Assembly (NCBI GenBank): GCA_963847605.1
Contig: CAWKAM010000017.1
Coordinates: forward strand, 84,085-148,084
DNA length: 64,000 bases
Source of the DNA: an uncultured delta proteobacterium
GTDB taxonomy: Bacteria > Desulfobacterota > Desulfomonilia > UBA1062
Direction of reading: 5' to 3'
Both the position numbers and the translations under genes were made by a program. The notes below the pieces were generated by a model, which saw only the letters and a list, made by a program, of their open reading frames with translations, did no database searches and was not told the DNA's origin. Below, piece after piece: positions 41,413 to 52,042 of the stretch (its first letter is position 1; every line of letters starts with the position of its first letter).

Positions 41413-42489
41413 ATGGCCAGAGAAGACGAGAACGGTCAAGAGCGAACCGAACAACCTACCAGTAAAAGGCTGAAGGATTCCCGTGAGAAGGGCCAGGTAT
41501 GCAAGAGTATGGAGGTATCCACTTCTCTGCTTTTTCTGGCAACAGTCATTGCATTTTACCTTTATATTCCTTTACTTGCATCTAAGCTCTTGTCGATCGT
41601 CAGGGCTTACCTGGCAAACCTCTCCATGTGGGATGGTTCGAGTATGAGCATCATATCCATCTTCAGACACAGCGTTTTTGAACTCGGCATGTTGGTTATG
41701 CCGCTTCTTCTCCTCTTTCTCGCCATCGGTTTAGTGTCAAATATCCTGCAGGTTGGCTTTATGATAAGCACGGAAGCGATTGTGCCTAAGCTCTCCAAGA
41801 TAAATCCGCTGACCGGATTCAAGAATAGATTCATGTCCATGAGGAGCCTTGAACAGCTCATTAAGACCCTGGTAATCATGGTCATCATTATCTGGGTATC
41901 CTACCGTGCCATCAAGCGAGAGATTCCGGTATACCCCCCCCTCATGAGTGCTGATGTATCCGTCATTGCTTTGACGTTTTTCCACTCTGCCGTACATCTC
42001 CTGTGGGATGTCCTGTGGATCTTTATTATCATTGCTATTGCTGATTATGGGTTCCAGAAATGGCAGCACTCTCAAGACCTTATGATGACCAAGCATGAGA
42101 TGAAAGAAGAATTCAAGCAATCAGAGGGAAACCCAATCATAAAGAGCAGAATCCGCTCCATCCAGCTCCATATGGCCAGAAAACGGATGATGCGCCAGGT
42201 GCCCAAGGCGGATGTGGTGATCACCAACCCTACTCACCTGGCAATAGCTTTGCAATATGAACGAGGCATGATGATTGCACCGACGGTTATAGCCAAAGGA
42301 GCGGGAACGGTGGCGGAAAAGATTAAGGAAGTGGCACGAAAGGCATCCGTGCCCATTGTAGAGAACAAGCCTCTTGCTCAGGCGCTCTATAAATCGGTGG
42401 ATATCGGGGAAAGCATCCCGGAAAAACTCTATAAGGCGGTGGCCGAGATACTGGCCTATGTGTACCGTCTGAAGGCAGGGGTCAGATAA
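41413..42489 (+). CDS. flhB: flagellar export protein FlhB
   Basis: ERTEQPT..RL...REKGQV, NPTH cleavage motif. Confidence 0.96.
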   Translation: MAREDENGQERTEQPTSKRLKDSREKGQVCKSMEVSTSLLFLATVIAFYLYIPLLASKLLSIVRAYLANLSMWDGSSMSIISIFRHSVFELGMLVMPLLLLFLAIGLVSNILQVGFMISTEAIVPKLSKINPLTGFKNRFMSMRSLEQLIKTLVIMVIIIWVSYRAIKREIPVYPPLMSADVSVIALTFFHSAVHLLWDVLWIFIIIAIADYGFQKWQHSQDLMMTKHEMKEEFKQSEGNPIIKSRIRSIQLHMARKRMMRQVPKADVVITNPTHLAIALQYERGMMIAPTVIAKGAGTVAEKIKEVARKASVPIVENKPLAQALYKSVDIGESIPEKLYKAVAEILAYVYRLKAGVR

Positions 42490-44559
42490 ATGGCAACCCA
42501 GAGTCTTCCCTTAAAACTCCCGGAAAAGATCTCCAGCGACATCTTTATGGCGCTGGGGGTGTTGGCTGTTTTGTTCATCGTTTTAGTACCGCTGCCCACT
42601 TTCCTGCTGGACATCCTTCTTACCTTCAGCATTGCCATCGGCATAATCATCCTCATGGTCAGCATGTATACGACGAGTCCCTTGAATTTTTCCGTATTTC
42701 CCTCTCTGTTGCTGATCGTTACCCTCTACAGGCTGGCGCTCAACATAGCATCCACACGTATCATCCTCCTGCACGGCTTCGAGGGTGATCTGGCGGCAGG
42801 ACGCGTCATCCATACCTTTGGTCAGTTCGTGGTGGGCGGCAGCTACGTTGTCGGATTTGTAGTCTTTTCAATCTTTGTCATCATTAACTTTGTAGTCATA
42901 ACCAAGGGCGCAACCCGCATCGGTGAAGTCACCGCACGGTTCACCCTGGATGCCATGCCCGGAAAGCAGATGGCCATAGATGCCGATCTGAACGCAGGTA
43001 TGATAACTGAGGATGAGGCACGGCGCAGAAGGGAGCGCATCGCCCGTGAAGCGGAATTCTATGGGGCCATGGACGGTGCCACCAAATTCATCCGTGGAGA
43101 CGCGATTGCAGGCATTATCATAACCATCATAAATATCCTCGGCGGCATCATCATCGGCGTGCTGCAGAATGGCATGCCCTTCTCCGAGGCACTCAAGACC
43201 TATACCATTCTCACCATCGGTGATGGCCTGGTTGCCCAGATCCCCGCCCTCATCATCTCATCGGCCGCAGGCATCGTAGTGACCCAGTCTGCAGCCGATA
43301 AATCCGTGGGCAAGCAGCTCTCAGAGCAGCTCTCCTTCCAGCCCATGGCGTTGCTGACATCTGCAGGAATCGTCTTTATCTTCGGACTGGTTCCCGGCAT
43401 GCCCCACTTCGCCTTCCTCACCATGGCTTCTATCGTGGGAGGAGTCGGATGGGTGAGCCTGAGGTTCAAGGCTGAAGAGAAAAAAGAGGAACTTCCACCA
43501 CCGCAGGGTGAGGAGGTTTCGACAGAGGCCCTGCTGCCCATGGACATCATCGAGTTCGAGGTGGGCTATGGCCTGATACCCCTGGTGGATACCTCCCAGG
43601 GCGGCGAGCTGCTTGCACGGATTAAGGGTATGCGCAGGACCGTGGCAGGCGAGTTGGGTGTTGTGGTACCGCCTATACATGTGCGGGATAACCTCGAGCT
43701 CAAGCCCAATGAGTACCGCCTCATGCTTAAGGGCATCGAGATCGCACGGGCCGAGGCGATCGCCGACAGGCTTATGGTTCTGAATCCGGAGAAGGTCGAA
43801 ATCGACATTCCGGGCATCCCTGTTAAAGAGCCTGCCTTCGGCCTGCCCGGCCTCTGGATCAAGAAGGCAGACAGCGAGCGTGCACAATTGGCAGGCCTCA
43901 CCGTAGTGGATGCAGCCACGGTGGTGGCCACTCACTTGACGGAAACCATCAAGGGCAATGCCCATGATCTGCTGGGAAGGCAGGAGCTCCAGTCCATCCT
44001 GGACACGGTATCGAGGACACACCCGAAGGTGATTGAGGACCTTATCCCAGGCACATTGCCTGCCGGTGTCGTGCTCAGGGTGCTCAGGAACCTTCTTAAA
44101 GAGAAAGTCGCTGTTAAGAACATGCTGACCATCTTGGAGACATTGGCGGACTTCGGGCACATGACCAAAGATCCCGATATTTTGACGGAGTATGTCAGAC
44201 AAGCCCTCATGCGAACCATCAGCACCCCCTATATCATGGGCAAAACCATCAGCGTACTGGCTCTGGACCCCAATATAGACGGGATGATCTCCGGTTCCAT
44301 CCAGCATACGGAACATGGTTCATATCTTGCATTAGATCCGGAGAAATCGCAGAAAATACTTATGACGTTGAATAAGGAGGTAAACAATGTGGGAAAACAG
44401 GGTCTGGTGCCGATCCTGCTCACCTCGCCGATCAGCAGGGCTTATGTGAAGCGGCTTTCTGAACGGTACATGCCTGACCTGGTTGTGCTCTCCCACAATG
44501 AGATACCTCCTGAGGTTACCATCAAGAATTTAGGATTGGTGAGGATCGATGCAAGTTAA
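42490..44559 (+). CDS. flhA: flagellar export protein FlhA
   Basis: ARFTLDAMPGKQMAIDADL, FYGAMDGA. Confidence 0.97.
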   Translation: MATQSLPLKLPEKISSDIFMALGVLAVLFIVLVPLPTFLLDILLTFSIAIGIIILMVSMYTTSPLNFSVFPSLLLIVTLYRLALNIASTRIILLHGFEGDLAAGRVIHTFGQFVVGGSYVVGFVVFSIFVIINFVVITKGATRIGEVTARFTLDAMPGKQMAIDADLNAGMITEDEARRRRERIAREAEFYGAMDGATKFIRGDAIAGIIITIINILGGIIIGVLQNGMPFSEALKTYTILTIGDGLVAQIPALIISSAAGIVVTQSAADKSVGKQLSEQLSFQPMALLTSAGIVFIFGLVPGMPHFAFLTMASIVGGVGWVSLRFKAEEKKEELPPPQGEEVSTEALLPMDIIEFEVGYGLIPLVDTSQGGELLARIKGMRRTVAGELGVVVPPIHVRDNLELKPNEYRLMLKGIEIARAEAIADRLMVLNPEKVEIDIPGIPVKEPAFGLPGLWIKKADSERAQLAGLTVVDAATVVATHLTETIKGNAHDLLGRQELQSILDTVSRTHPKVIEDLIPGTLPAGVVLRVLRNLLKEKVAVKNMLTILETLADFGHMTKDPDILTEYVRQALMRTISTPYIMGKTISVLALDPNIDGMISGSIQHTEHGSYLALDPEKSQKILMTLNKEVNNVGKQGLVPILLTSPISRAYVKRLSERYMPDLVVLSHNEIPPEVTIKNLGLVRIDAS

Positions 44560-45613
44560 AACCTATATGGCGGTCTCCATGAAGGATGCGCTCTCGCAGA
44601 TCAAGTCGGAGCTTGGCTCGAACGCGGTCATCATCTCCACGCGGGAGATCAAGGAGAGCGGTTACGGCCTCATGAGCAAACCATTAATCGAGGTTGTGGC
44701 TGCAGTAGATTATGACGGGGACGGTATCATTAAAAATAAACAGGCGAACAAGGCTCTTAGCAAGACATCGGATACCCGGAATCCTGCATCTGCAACCCTG
44801 CAGGCACCGAAGCAGATCGGCGACGAGATCGTGGAGCTGAAAATGATGCTCAAGCAGCTCATGTCCCGGAGCAATATCTCACCCATGAGCCACCTGCGTG
44901 AAAAACTCATCACAAAAGGCATCCGAGAGAACCTCGCAGACCTCATTATCATGAAGCTTGGGGACGATACAAACGAGGACGCGGTCAAAGAGCTACTTTC
45001 CAAACTGATCCGGGTGGAAGGCCCCACTGATGAACGGGTCTGGATATTCCTGGGCACCACTGGTGTGGGCAAGACCACTACGATTGCCAAGATCGCAGCC
45101 AGGTCCGTATTGTCTGAATCCAGACGGGTTGCCCTCATCACACTGGACAGCTACCGGATCGGCGCCATCGACCAGAGTCGGATTTATGCCAAGATATTGA
45201 ACATTCCGTTCTTTTCCGTGACAACCCCGTCAGAGCTCAAGTCTGCCCTGAATCAGCTCGGCTCAACCGAACTCATCCTTGTGGACACCGTCGGCCGCTC
45301 GCCCTTCTGTACAGAATATGCGCGCCAGTTAATCGGATACTTTGATGGCATCAAGGCATGCAGGTTCCTCCTCATGCCGGTCGCCACCCGAGACCAGGAA
45401 ATGGACACCGTCACCAAGACATTTTCCCCTCTGAAGGTGGACCGCATGATCTTCACAAAATTCGACGAGGCCCACGTGGCAGGGAGTGTAGTTACACACA
45501 ACCTGATGCATCGCACACCCATATCTCACATTACAACCGGGCAGCGGGTCCCCGAGGATATTGAGCCGGCCACCCCGGACAAGATCATAGCACGCACCCT
45601 TGGAGATGCATAA
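44549..45613 (+). CDS. flhF: SRP-type GTPase FlhF
   Basis: GTTGVGKTTTIAK, DTVGR, TKFDE, TTGQRVPEDI. Confidence 0.95.
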   Translation: MQVKTYMAVSMKDALSQIKSELGSNAVIISTREIKESGYGLMSKPLIEVVAAVDYDGDGIIKNKQANKALSKTSDTRNPASATLQAPKQIGDEIVELKMMLKQLMSRSNISPMSHLREKLITKGIRENLADLIIMKLGDDTNEDAVKELLSKLIRVEGPTDERVWIFLGTTGVGKTTTIAKIAARSVLSESRRVALITLDSYRIGAIDQSRIYAKILNIPFFSVTTPSELKSALNQLGSTELILVDTVGRSPFCTEYARQLIGYFDGIKACRFLLMPVATRDQEMDTVTKTFSPLKVDRMIFTKFDEAHVAGSVVTHNLMHRTPISHITTGQRVPEDIEPATPDKIIARTLGDA

Positions 45614-46512
45614 TGAAGGATCAAGCCCATACCTTGCGGAAAATTTTCAAAGAAGGAACAACCATCTCACCTACGGTCCTGTCTGTTACATCGGGCAAAG
45701 GCGGGGTGGGAAAGACGAGTATTGTGGTGAACATGGCAATCCTTTTAGCATCACGGGGTAAAAAGGTACTCGTGCTGGATGCCGACCTTGGGCTCGCCAA
45801 CGTGGATGTGATGCTGGGCCTTGCGCCGAAACTCACCATCGAGCATGTCCTTGACGGACAGTGCTCTCTCGCCGACATAGTTCTGGAGGGTCCGGGTGGA
45901 ATCAAGATCATCCCTGCATCGTCCGGCATCCAGGAACTCTCGGATCTCAAGCCTGAACAACAGATAAGCATTATGGACGCGCTGGATCATTTTGAAGGCG
46001 ACCTTGACTTCATGTTCGTGGATACCGGCGCAGGAATATCCAAGAACGTCATGTACTTCAATGCAGCCTCACAGCGCATCATCGTGGTGGCAACCCCGGA
46101 ACCTACGTCCATTACGGACGCTTATGCACTTATCAAGGTGTTGTGCAGGCAATACGGTATCAAGAGATTCGATTTAATCGTGAACAACGTGACATCAAAA
46201 TCCGAGGGGGATCACGTGGCGGAAAAATTGTCATTGGTATGTGAGAGGTTCCTTGGGGATGTGGCCTTGGAGATTCTTGGCTCCATCCCGCATGACAAAA
46301 CCATTCCTGAATGCATCAAGGCACAGAAGGCGTTCGTGGACGTTCATCCGCAAAGTGAGGTAACCAAGAGGCTTTCCCGGATTGTGGGCAAGCTCGAGGA
46401 TACCACGCGGACCGGTACAAGCGGAAACCTTCAGTTCTTTTTTAGAAAGATGCTCTTGAATCAAGCGAAAGGAACAAGCCATGCAGGATATCGTTTACAC
46501 GGAACTTACTGA
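45613..46512 (+). CDS. flhG: MinD-like ATPase FlhG/FleN
   Basis: MKDQAHTLR, SGKGGVGKT, DADLGLAN, PEPTSITDAYALIK. Confidence 0.95.
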   Translation: MKDQAHTLRKIFKEGTTISPTVLSVTSGKGGVGKTSIVVNMAILLASRGKKVLVLDADLGLANVDVMLGLAPKLTIEHVLDGQCSLADIVLEGPGGIKIIPASSGIQELSDLKPEQQISIMDALDHFEGDLDFMFVDTGAGISKNVMYFNAASQRIIVVATPEPTSITDAYALIKVLCRQYGIKRFDLIVNNVTSKSEGDHVAEKLSLVCERFLGDVALEILGSIPHDKTIPECIKAQKAFVDVHPQSEVTKRLSRIVGKLEDTTRTGTSGNLQFFFRKMLLNQAKGTSHAGYRLHGTY

Positions 46513-47251
46513 GGAGCAGAAGCTCAACCCCAAGATACGGGGTAAGATCATAGGCGAATTTGCACCGCTCATTAAGTACATCGCAAGCCGTATTGCAATA
46601 CGGCTGCCCCCCCATATCGATCTTAATGATCTCATCAATGCAGGCGTCATAGGTCTGATCGATGCTATCGAGAAATTTGACGCAGGCAAGCAGATCAAGT
46701 TCAAGACCTATGCGGAATTCAGAATCAGAGGGGCTATCCTTGATGAACTGAGATCCATGGACTGGGTCCCCAGGTCTATACGGCAGAAGGCCCGCAAGAT
46801 TGAAGATGCCTATGCAAGACTGGAATACGTCCTTGGAAGACCCGCCAGTGACGAAGAAGTGGCAAAAGAGATGGACATCGATATGGAATCGTTCTACCGG
46901 CTCCTGTCCGAGACTGCATCGGTCTCCCTGCTCAGTCTGGACGACCTTGGCGAAGACGATACCGACCTATCCAAGCGCAACCTTCTGGAATATATCATCC
47001 AGGATGAGAAAGACTGGCCTTCACACAAGATTCGCTATGCCGAGGTCGGTACCATGGTGGCAAAGGCTATCCAGTCGCTGCCGGAAAAGGAGCGCATGGT
47101 GATATCGCTGTATTACTACGATGAGCTGACCATGAAGGAGATCGGACATGTCTTGAAATTTACCGAGTCGCGGGTCTCCCAGATTCATACAAAGGCGATT
47201 CTTAGGCTGCGCTCAAAGATACAAAAGATCCTTAAAGAGATCAGCATGTAA
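46481..47251 (+). CDS. fliA: flagellar sigma factor sigma28
   Basis: FKTYAEFRIRGAILDELRSMDW, TESRVSQIH. Confidence 0.96.
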   Translation: MQDIVYTELTEEQKLNPKIRGKIIGEFAPLIKYIASRIAIRLPPHIDLNDLINAGVIGLIDAIEKFDAGKQIKFKTYAEFRIRGAILDELRSMDWVPRSIRQKARKIEDAYARLEYVLGRPASDEEVAKEMDIDMESFYRLLSETASVSLLSLDDLGEDDTDLSKRNLLEYIIQDEKDWPSHKIRYAEVGTMVAKAIQSLPEKERMVISLYYYDELTMKEIGHVLKFTESRVSQIHTKAILRLRSKIQKILKEISM

Positions 47252-47307
47252 AGATTTATCATGGAAGATACGATGAGAACGTAAAGGTACTCGGACTGGA
47301 GGTATCC

Positions 47308-47691
47308 ATGACACTCGACAAGAATATGAAGATCCTCGTAGTTGATGACTTTTCCACCATGCGCAGGATCGTGAAGAACATCCTTCGGCAGCTTAATTTT
47401 ATCAACATTATCGAAGCCGATGACGGGTCAACCGCCCTTGAGGTACTCCAGAGGGATAAGGTTGATTTAGTAGTCTCAGATTGGAACATGCCGAAGATGA
47501 CCGGCCTGGAGCTCTTAAAGGCTGTCCGTACCGACGACGCCCTCAAACACATACCTTTTCTGATGGTTACGGCCGAGGCTCAACAGGAGAACATCATAGA
47601 GGCGGTGAAATCCGGTGTGAGCAACTATATCGTCAAACCCTTCACCGCTGAGATACTCAGCCAGAAGATCAATCAGATATTCAACAAATAG
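47308..47691 (+). CDS. cheY: chemotaxis response regulator
   Basis: VVDDFSTMRRIV, DWNMP, VTAEA, YIVKPF. Confidence 0.96.
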   Translation: MTLDKNMKILVVDDFSTMRRIVKNILRQLNFINIIEADDGSTALEVLQRDKVDLVVSDWNMPKMTGLELLKAVRTDDALKHIPFLMVTAEAQQENIIEAVKSGVSNYIVKPFTAEILSQKINQIFNK

Positions 47692-47699
47692 GTGTAAGC

Positions 47700-48302
47700 A
47701 TGGCGGACCAACCGGGAAGAAAGGCAGACCTCGATAAGGAAGGCATCATCCTCCAGGATGCCGGCAAGGCCGAGCTCGATAAGGACGGAATAGCCCTGGA
47801 GATTGAGGAATCGCCGGGACCTGCCAAAGAAGAAGGGACTACGCCCGATAAGGGACCTAAGGAACATTCCGCTCAGGAAAAACGACTGCCCCTCATCGCC
47901 CTCGCAGGAGCAGCAGGACTTCTGGTGCTCATCGCGGCCATTGGGCTTTTTCTTTACCATGGGCACCATAAGGCGCCCCAAAAGACTGCCCATATGATTC
48001 AGCCGCAACTGGAGTCCCCCTTCGGCCCTGATGGAATGGTACTGGACCCGTTTATGGTATTCTATGAAACGAATACACCGAAGAAGTCCGGTGTTCTTTT
48101 AGCACAGGTCAGCCTCAAGGTCGACCCTTCCATGAATACCACCATTGAAAGCAAATTGTTTGATATCAGGGGCATCATCTACAAGAGACTGGTTGCAGCA
48201 GCGAGCGTCTACTCACAGACCGAGATCACCTTGATGCTCTCGGATGATCTTATTGATTATCCGATACAGGAAGTGGCTTTTGTCCAGTACAGTGCAAAAT
48301 GA
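47700..48302 (+). CDS. FliL-like membrane protein
   Basis: Acidic N-terminus, single TM helix, LDPFMV, DIRGIIY; flagellar context. Confidence 0.6.
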   Translation: MADQPGRKADLDKEGIILQDAGKAELDKDGIALEIEESPGPAKEEGTTPDKGPKEHSAQEKRLPLIALAGAAGLLVLIAAIGLFLYHGHHKAPQKTAHMIQPQLESPFGPDGMVLDPFMVFYETNTPKKSGVLLAQVSLKVDPSMNTTIESKLFDIRGIIYKRLVAAASVYSQTEITLMLSDDLIDYPIQEVAFVQYSAK

Positions 48303-48361
48303 ATTCTTGAAGTGAGCCGATATCGGGTATCATTCAATTTTTTTAAGGTACAGAGGGCGGC

Positions 48362-50269
48362 ATGAATTATTCAGAGATAGACGCACTGATGAAGTCCCAT
48401 GACTCCTCGGACCGCCGCATGGCGGCCTCCATGCTCGCTGAGGTCGGCAATGATCCGGAGGCCATCGAGCGTCTTGTCGAATTGCTGAAAGATACAAATG
48501 GGGGAGTCAGGGACGCCTCACAAAGCGCACTTATGTTCCTGGGCGGACGCTATACCGTCGAAAAGGTCGTACCATTCGTTGCCGAGATTGACCCGGGCTT
48601 GCGTAATGCCGCCATCGACATCTTAAGGAAAATCGGTGATGACGGGATCGATGTCCTTCATACACTTGCAGTGGATAAGAACGATGATATCAGGCTCTTT
48701 GTGCTCGACATCTTAGGCACCATAGGCAATCCCGAAAGCGTGGATGTGCTTATCGGAGCTCTGGGAGATCCAAACTCTAATGTACGTAATGCAGCAGTAG
48801 TCTCTCTCGGTCTGTTGGGGCACCCAAAGGCCTTCGATCATCTCAAGCCATTGATCGAAGACGAAGAGTGGATCCGATTCTCCGCCATTGAGGCACTCTC
48901 CCAGATACCCCATGAGAATATCCCGGGTTTCCTCATTGAACAGCTCGATCGCTGGTCTCATGATGAACTCACGGTATCGGCGCTGTTGGAAACCATGGGT
49001 AAGATCAGGCCCAAGCAGTGCGTGAGCGCACTGATCCTCATGCTCGAGTATGCAAATGCATATATCGAGACAGAGATCGTAAAGGCCTTACTGAAGCTCA
49101 TCTCCCCCGACGAGATCGGGTTACTGCCTCCCAAGGATGCACACATCATCAAGACCATCATCGATATGCATCTGCTCGATGTCGATGACGAGCTGCTTTT
49201 TGATATGCTCGCGGTACTCTCCCGCATCGGAGATCATGCGAGCGTGATGGCTATGATCGAGCTTGTCCGCAACACAGACCCGGACGTACATCCTGAACGT
49301 ATCTTATCTGTAACAGAGGCCCTGCGCCGTATCAGCGACATCCAGGCCATGGTGGAGCTCTTGGATTCTGAAGACAAGCTCAAGATCCTTGCTGCAAACG
49401 TCCTTGCCAAGATAGGCAAGGCAGAAGGCGCGCGAGCGATATGTGAGAGGATCTTCTCCTCCCAGGGTCATGTGAAGAGGGCCATGACTGATGCCTTGGC
49501 CGCTATTGGAGGCGCATCTTTACATGAGACTTTCCATGCTCTCCTCAATGATCCGGACGGCCATGTCATATCATCATCCCTCCATGCGCTAGGGAGAAAC
49601 GGGGATCCGGATGACATCAGCGTGATGGAGCCGTTCTTAAATCATAAATATCCGGACGTGCGCGAGGTTGCTATCCAATCAATCGTCCTGATCGGAACGG
49701 TACGTGCTGAAGATGTGTTCATGCTCATGACCAAAGATGTTGATCCCAGTAAGCGCATAGTAGGATTAAACGGTCTTGAGTGCATGATAAGTCCCCGTCT
49801 TAATGAAGCCGCAGATGTACTGCTCAGAGATGATAACTGGGAGGTAAGAGCAGCTGCCGTCAATGTCATTCGGAATAAAGATCTCCCCATTAATACCGGC
49901 ACGCTCAAGGCGCTGCTCTCTGATGCTCATGAACAGATACGGTACACCGCTCTGGATATTGCAGGTTTGAAGAAGGTGAAAGAGCTGAGGCCGTGTCTCG
50001 AGGATGCCATCATCGGGCAGGACATGTGGGCGGCATCTCATGCCATTGAGGCCTTAGGTCGGTTCAAAGATGAGCAGGCCAAGGCAAAACTCCTTAATCT
50101 TTTAACATGCGGATCAGACTTCCTGAGGATCTCCGCAGTAAAGACCATTGCCGGGTGGGAAGAGGAGGCTCTGGCCGCAGAGCTTGAACCGTATCTTGAT
50201 GACCCGAACCCGGATGTGGCGCGGGCCATCGTGGATGCCATCGACAGGCTTCAGGAGGTGAGCTTCTAA
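48362..50269 (+). CDS. HEAT-repeat protein
   Basis: Many L.D....VR..A...L repeats over 635 aa. Confidence 0.9.
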   Translation: MNYSEIDALMKSHDSSDRRMAASMLAEVGNDPEAIERLVELLKDTNGGVRDASQSALMFLGGRYTVEKVVPFVAEIDPGLRNAAIDILRKIGDDGIDVLHTLAVDKNDDIRLFVLDILGTIGNPESVDVLIGALGDPNSNVRNAAVVSLGLLGHPKAFDHLKPLIEDEEWIRFSAIEALSQIPHENIPGFLIEQLDRWSHDELTVSALLETMGKIRPKQCVSALILMLEYANAYIETEIVKALLKLISPDEIGLLPPKDAHIIKTIIDMHLLDVDDELLFDMLAVLSRIGDHASVMAMIELVRNTDPDVHPERILSVTEALRRISDIQAMVELLDSEDKLKILAANVLAKIGKAEGARAICERIFSSQGHVKRAMTDALAAIGGASLHETFHALLNDPDGHVISSSLHALGRNGDPDDISVMEPFLNHKYPDVREVAIQSIVLIGTVRAEDVFMLMTKDVDPSKRIVGLNGLECMISPRLNEAADVLLRDDNWEVRAAAVNVIRNKDLPINTGTLKALLSDAHEQIRYTALDIAGLKKVKELRPCLEDAIIGQDMWAASHAIEALGRFKDEQAKAKLLNLLTCGSDFLRISAVKTIAGWEEEALAAELEPYLDDPNPDVARAIVDAIDRLQEVSF

Positions 50270-50271
50270 AG

Positions 50272-51174
50272 ATGCAAGCCCACATTTTCGATCGTATAAA
50301 AAACATCGAAGACCTCCCCACGCTTCCGTCGGTGGCATTAGAGATCTTGAGCCTGGCACATCATACTGATGTATCCATCCAGAGCATTGCCGAGTGTATC
50401 CACAGGGACCCCCCCCTGGCCACCAAGGTGTTGAGGATGTCAAATTCGGCTTTCTATCGAAGGGGAGACCGGAAGATAGAGACCCTTCACCACGCCATCA
50501 TCTTTCTTGGATTGGTAGAGATCATCAACATCACAACCTCACTGTCGGTATTTTCCGCACTTAAATCGCGCAAGGCCCAAGAGGTCTCCATCAGGGAAAA
50601 CTTCTGGGACCACAGCGTGGCCACCGGCCTGATTGCGAGGTACATCGACAAGAAGCTCTCTATGAGGTCCATGGGCCGCGAGTTCGTAGCCGGTCTGCTG
50701 CACGATATCGGCAAGATCATCCTCGACCAGTACTTCCATGAAGAATTCATGGCAGCCTATGACATGTCCTTGGACAAGGACATGTCCATGTACGAGACGG
50801 AGATGGAGGTCTGCGGGACCAACCATATGGAGGTCGGTTATTATGTGGCCAAGAAATGGAACCTCCCCGATTATCTCGGAGATGTGATCCTGTGGCACCA
50901 TCAGCCGTCCCAGGCGGCACACCGGGACATCGCTGCGCTCATCTCCATTGCGAATCTCCTGGCAAAGGCCAAGGAGATGTCCTGCGGGGGCGACAGGATG
51001 TCATTCATCCTCTCGGATGAAGAGGCCTGGCAGGTCTTGAAAGAGAGGGGTCATGCAGTTGAAGCCCTTGATATAGAGCGGATAACGTTCGAGATGGAGA
51101 CTATCGGTGATCAGGTGAAGCACTACATCGACACGGTCATGGAGCCCGTAGGGGCGGAGAAAGCCAATGGATGA
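50272..51174 (+). CDS. HDOD-domain protein
   Basis: LPTLP, DPPLATKVLRMSNSAFY, FWDHS, GLLHDIGK, WNLP, HH. Confidence 0.93.
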   Translation: MQAHIFDRIKNIEDLPTLPSVALEILSLAHHTDVSIQSIAECIHRDPPLATKVLRMSNSAFYRRGDRKIETLHHAIIFLGLVEIINITTSLSVFSALKSRKAQEVSIRENFWDHSVATGLIARYIDKKLSMRSMGREFVAGLLHDIGKIILDQYFHEEFMAAYDMSLDKDMSMYETEMEVCGTNHMEVGYYVAKKWNLPDYLGDVILWHHQPSQAAHRDIAALISIANLLAKAKEMSCGGDRMSFILSDEEAWQVLKERGHAVEALDIERITFEMETIGDQVKHYIDTVMEPVGAEKANG

Positions 51175-52027
51175 GAGTCTAAGCGGCACATGCCCGAAGA
51201 TGACCGATGAGACCTTCATCCTGTTGAGGGACTTCATCTACGAACAATCAGGCATCTACTTTGCCGACAATAAAAAGGGCCAGCTTGAAAATAGGCTTGC
51301 TATGAGATTGAAAACCAACAATCTCTTAGATTATGATAAATATTACTACCTGCTCAAGTATGATCCCCAGGCAGCCAGGGAGCTGAGGGCACTGTTTGAC
51401 TCGGTCACCACGAATGAGACCAGTTTTTTCAGGAGCCAGCCACAGATCCAGGCGTTCCAGGAGAAGGTGCTGCCCGAGATCATCACCCGTAAAGATAAAC
51501 AGCAAGACCGCATGATCCGTTTCTGGTCGGCCGGGTGCTCCACCGGCGAGGAACCATACACCATAGGCATCGTGATCAGTCAGGTCTTAAACGACAAGCA
51601 CTCAAACTGGGACATCAAAATCGTTGCAAGCGACATCAGTGAAAAGGCGCTCCGTTCCGCCAAAGCCGCCATGTACAGCGACTATTCGCTGAGGGCGGTG
51701 GCGCCTGAGGTCAAACAGTCATTCTTCACACCGGACGGGAACTCATATCGCATCATCGAGGATGTCCGTAACCTGGTGGATCTCCAGTACCTCAACCTCA
51801 ATGACGCCAAGCGGGTCCAGATCATGAAGGGCTTTGACGTTATCTTCTGCAGAAACGTGCTCATCTACTTCGATGATGAAGCCAGGAAGCGATTCGTGTC
51901 ACAGGTCTACGACAGCCTCAATCACGGTGGTTATCTCTTCATCGGCCACTCTGAATCTTTGCACAACATTTCACGGGCCTTCAAGTTGGTCCATTTCCCT
52001 GGTGCCCTGGGGTATAAGAAGGAATAG
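51167..52027 (+). CDS. cheR: chemotaxis methyltransferase
   Basis: TTNETSFFR, WSAGCSTGEEPY, FCRNVLIYF, GHSESL. Confidence 0.95.
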   Translation: MDESLSGTCPKMTDETFILLRDFIYEQSGIYFADNKKGQLENRLAMRLKTNNLLDYDKYYYLLKYDPQAARELRALFDSVTTNETSFFRSQPQIQAFQEKVLPEIITRKDKQQDRMIRFWSAGCSTGEEPYTIGIVISQVLNDKHSNWDIKIVASDISEKALRSAKAAMYSDYSLRAVAPEVKQSFFTPDGNSYRIIEDVRNLVDLQYLNLNDAKRVQIMKGFDVIFCRNVLIYFDDEARKRFVSQVYDSLNHGGYLFIGHSESLHNISRAFKLVHFPGALGYKKE

Positions 52028-52042
52028 GGAGGGGTCTTATTT

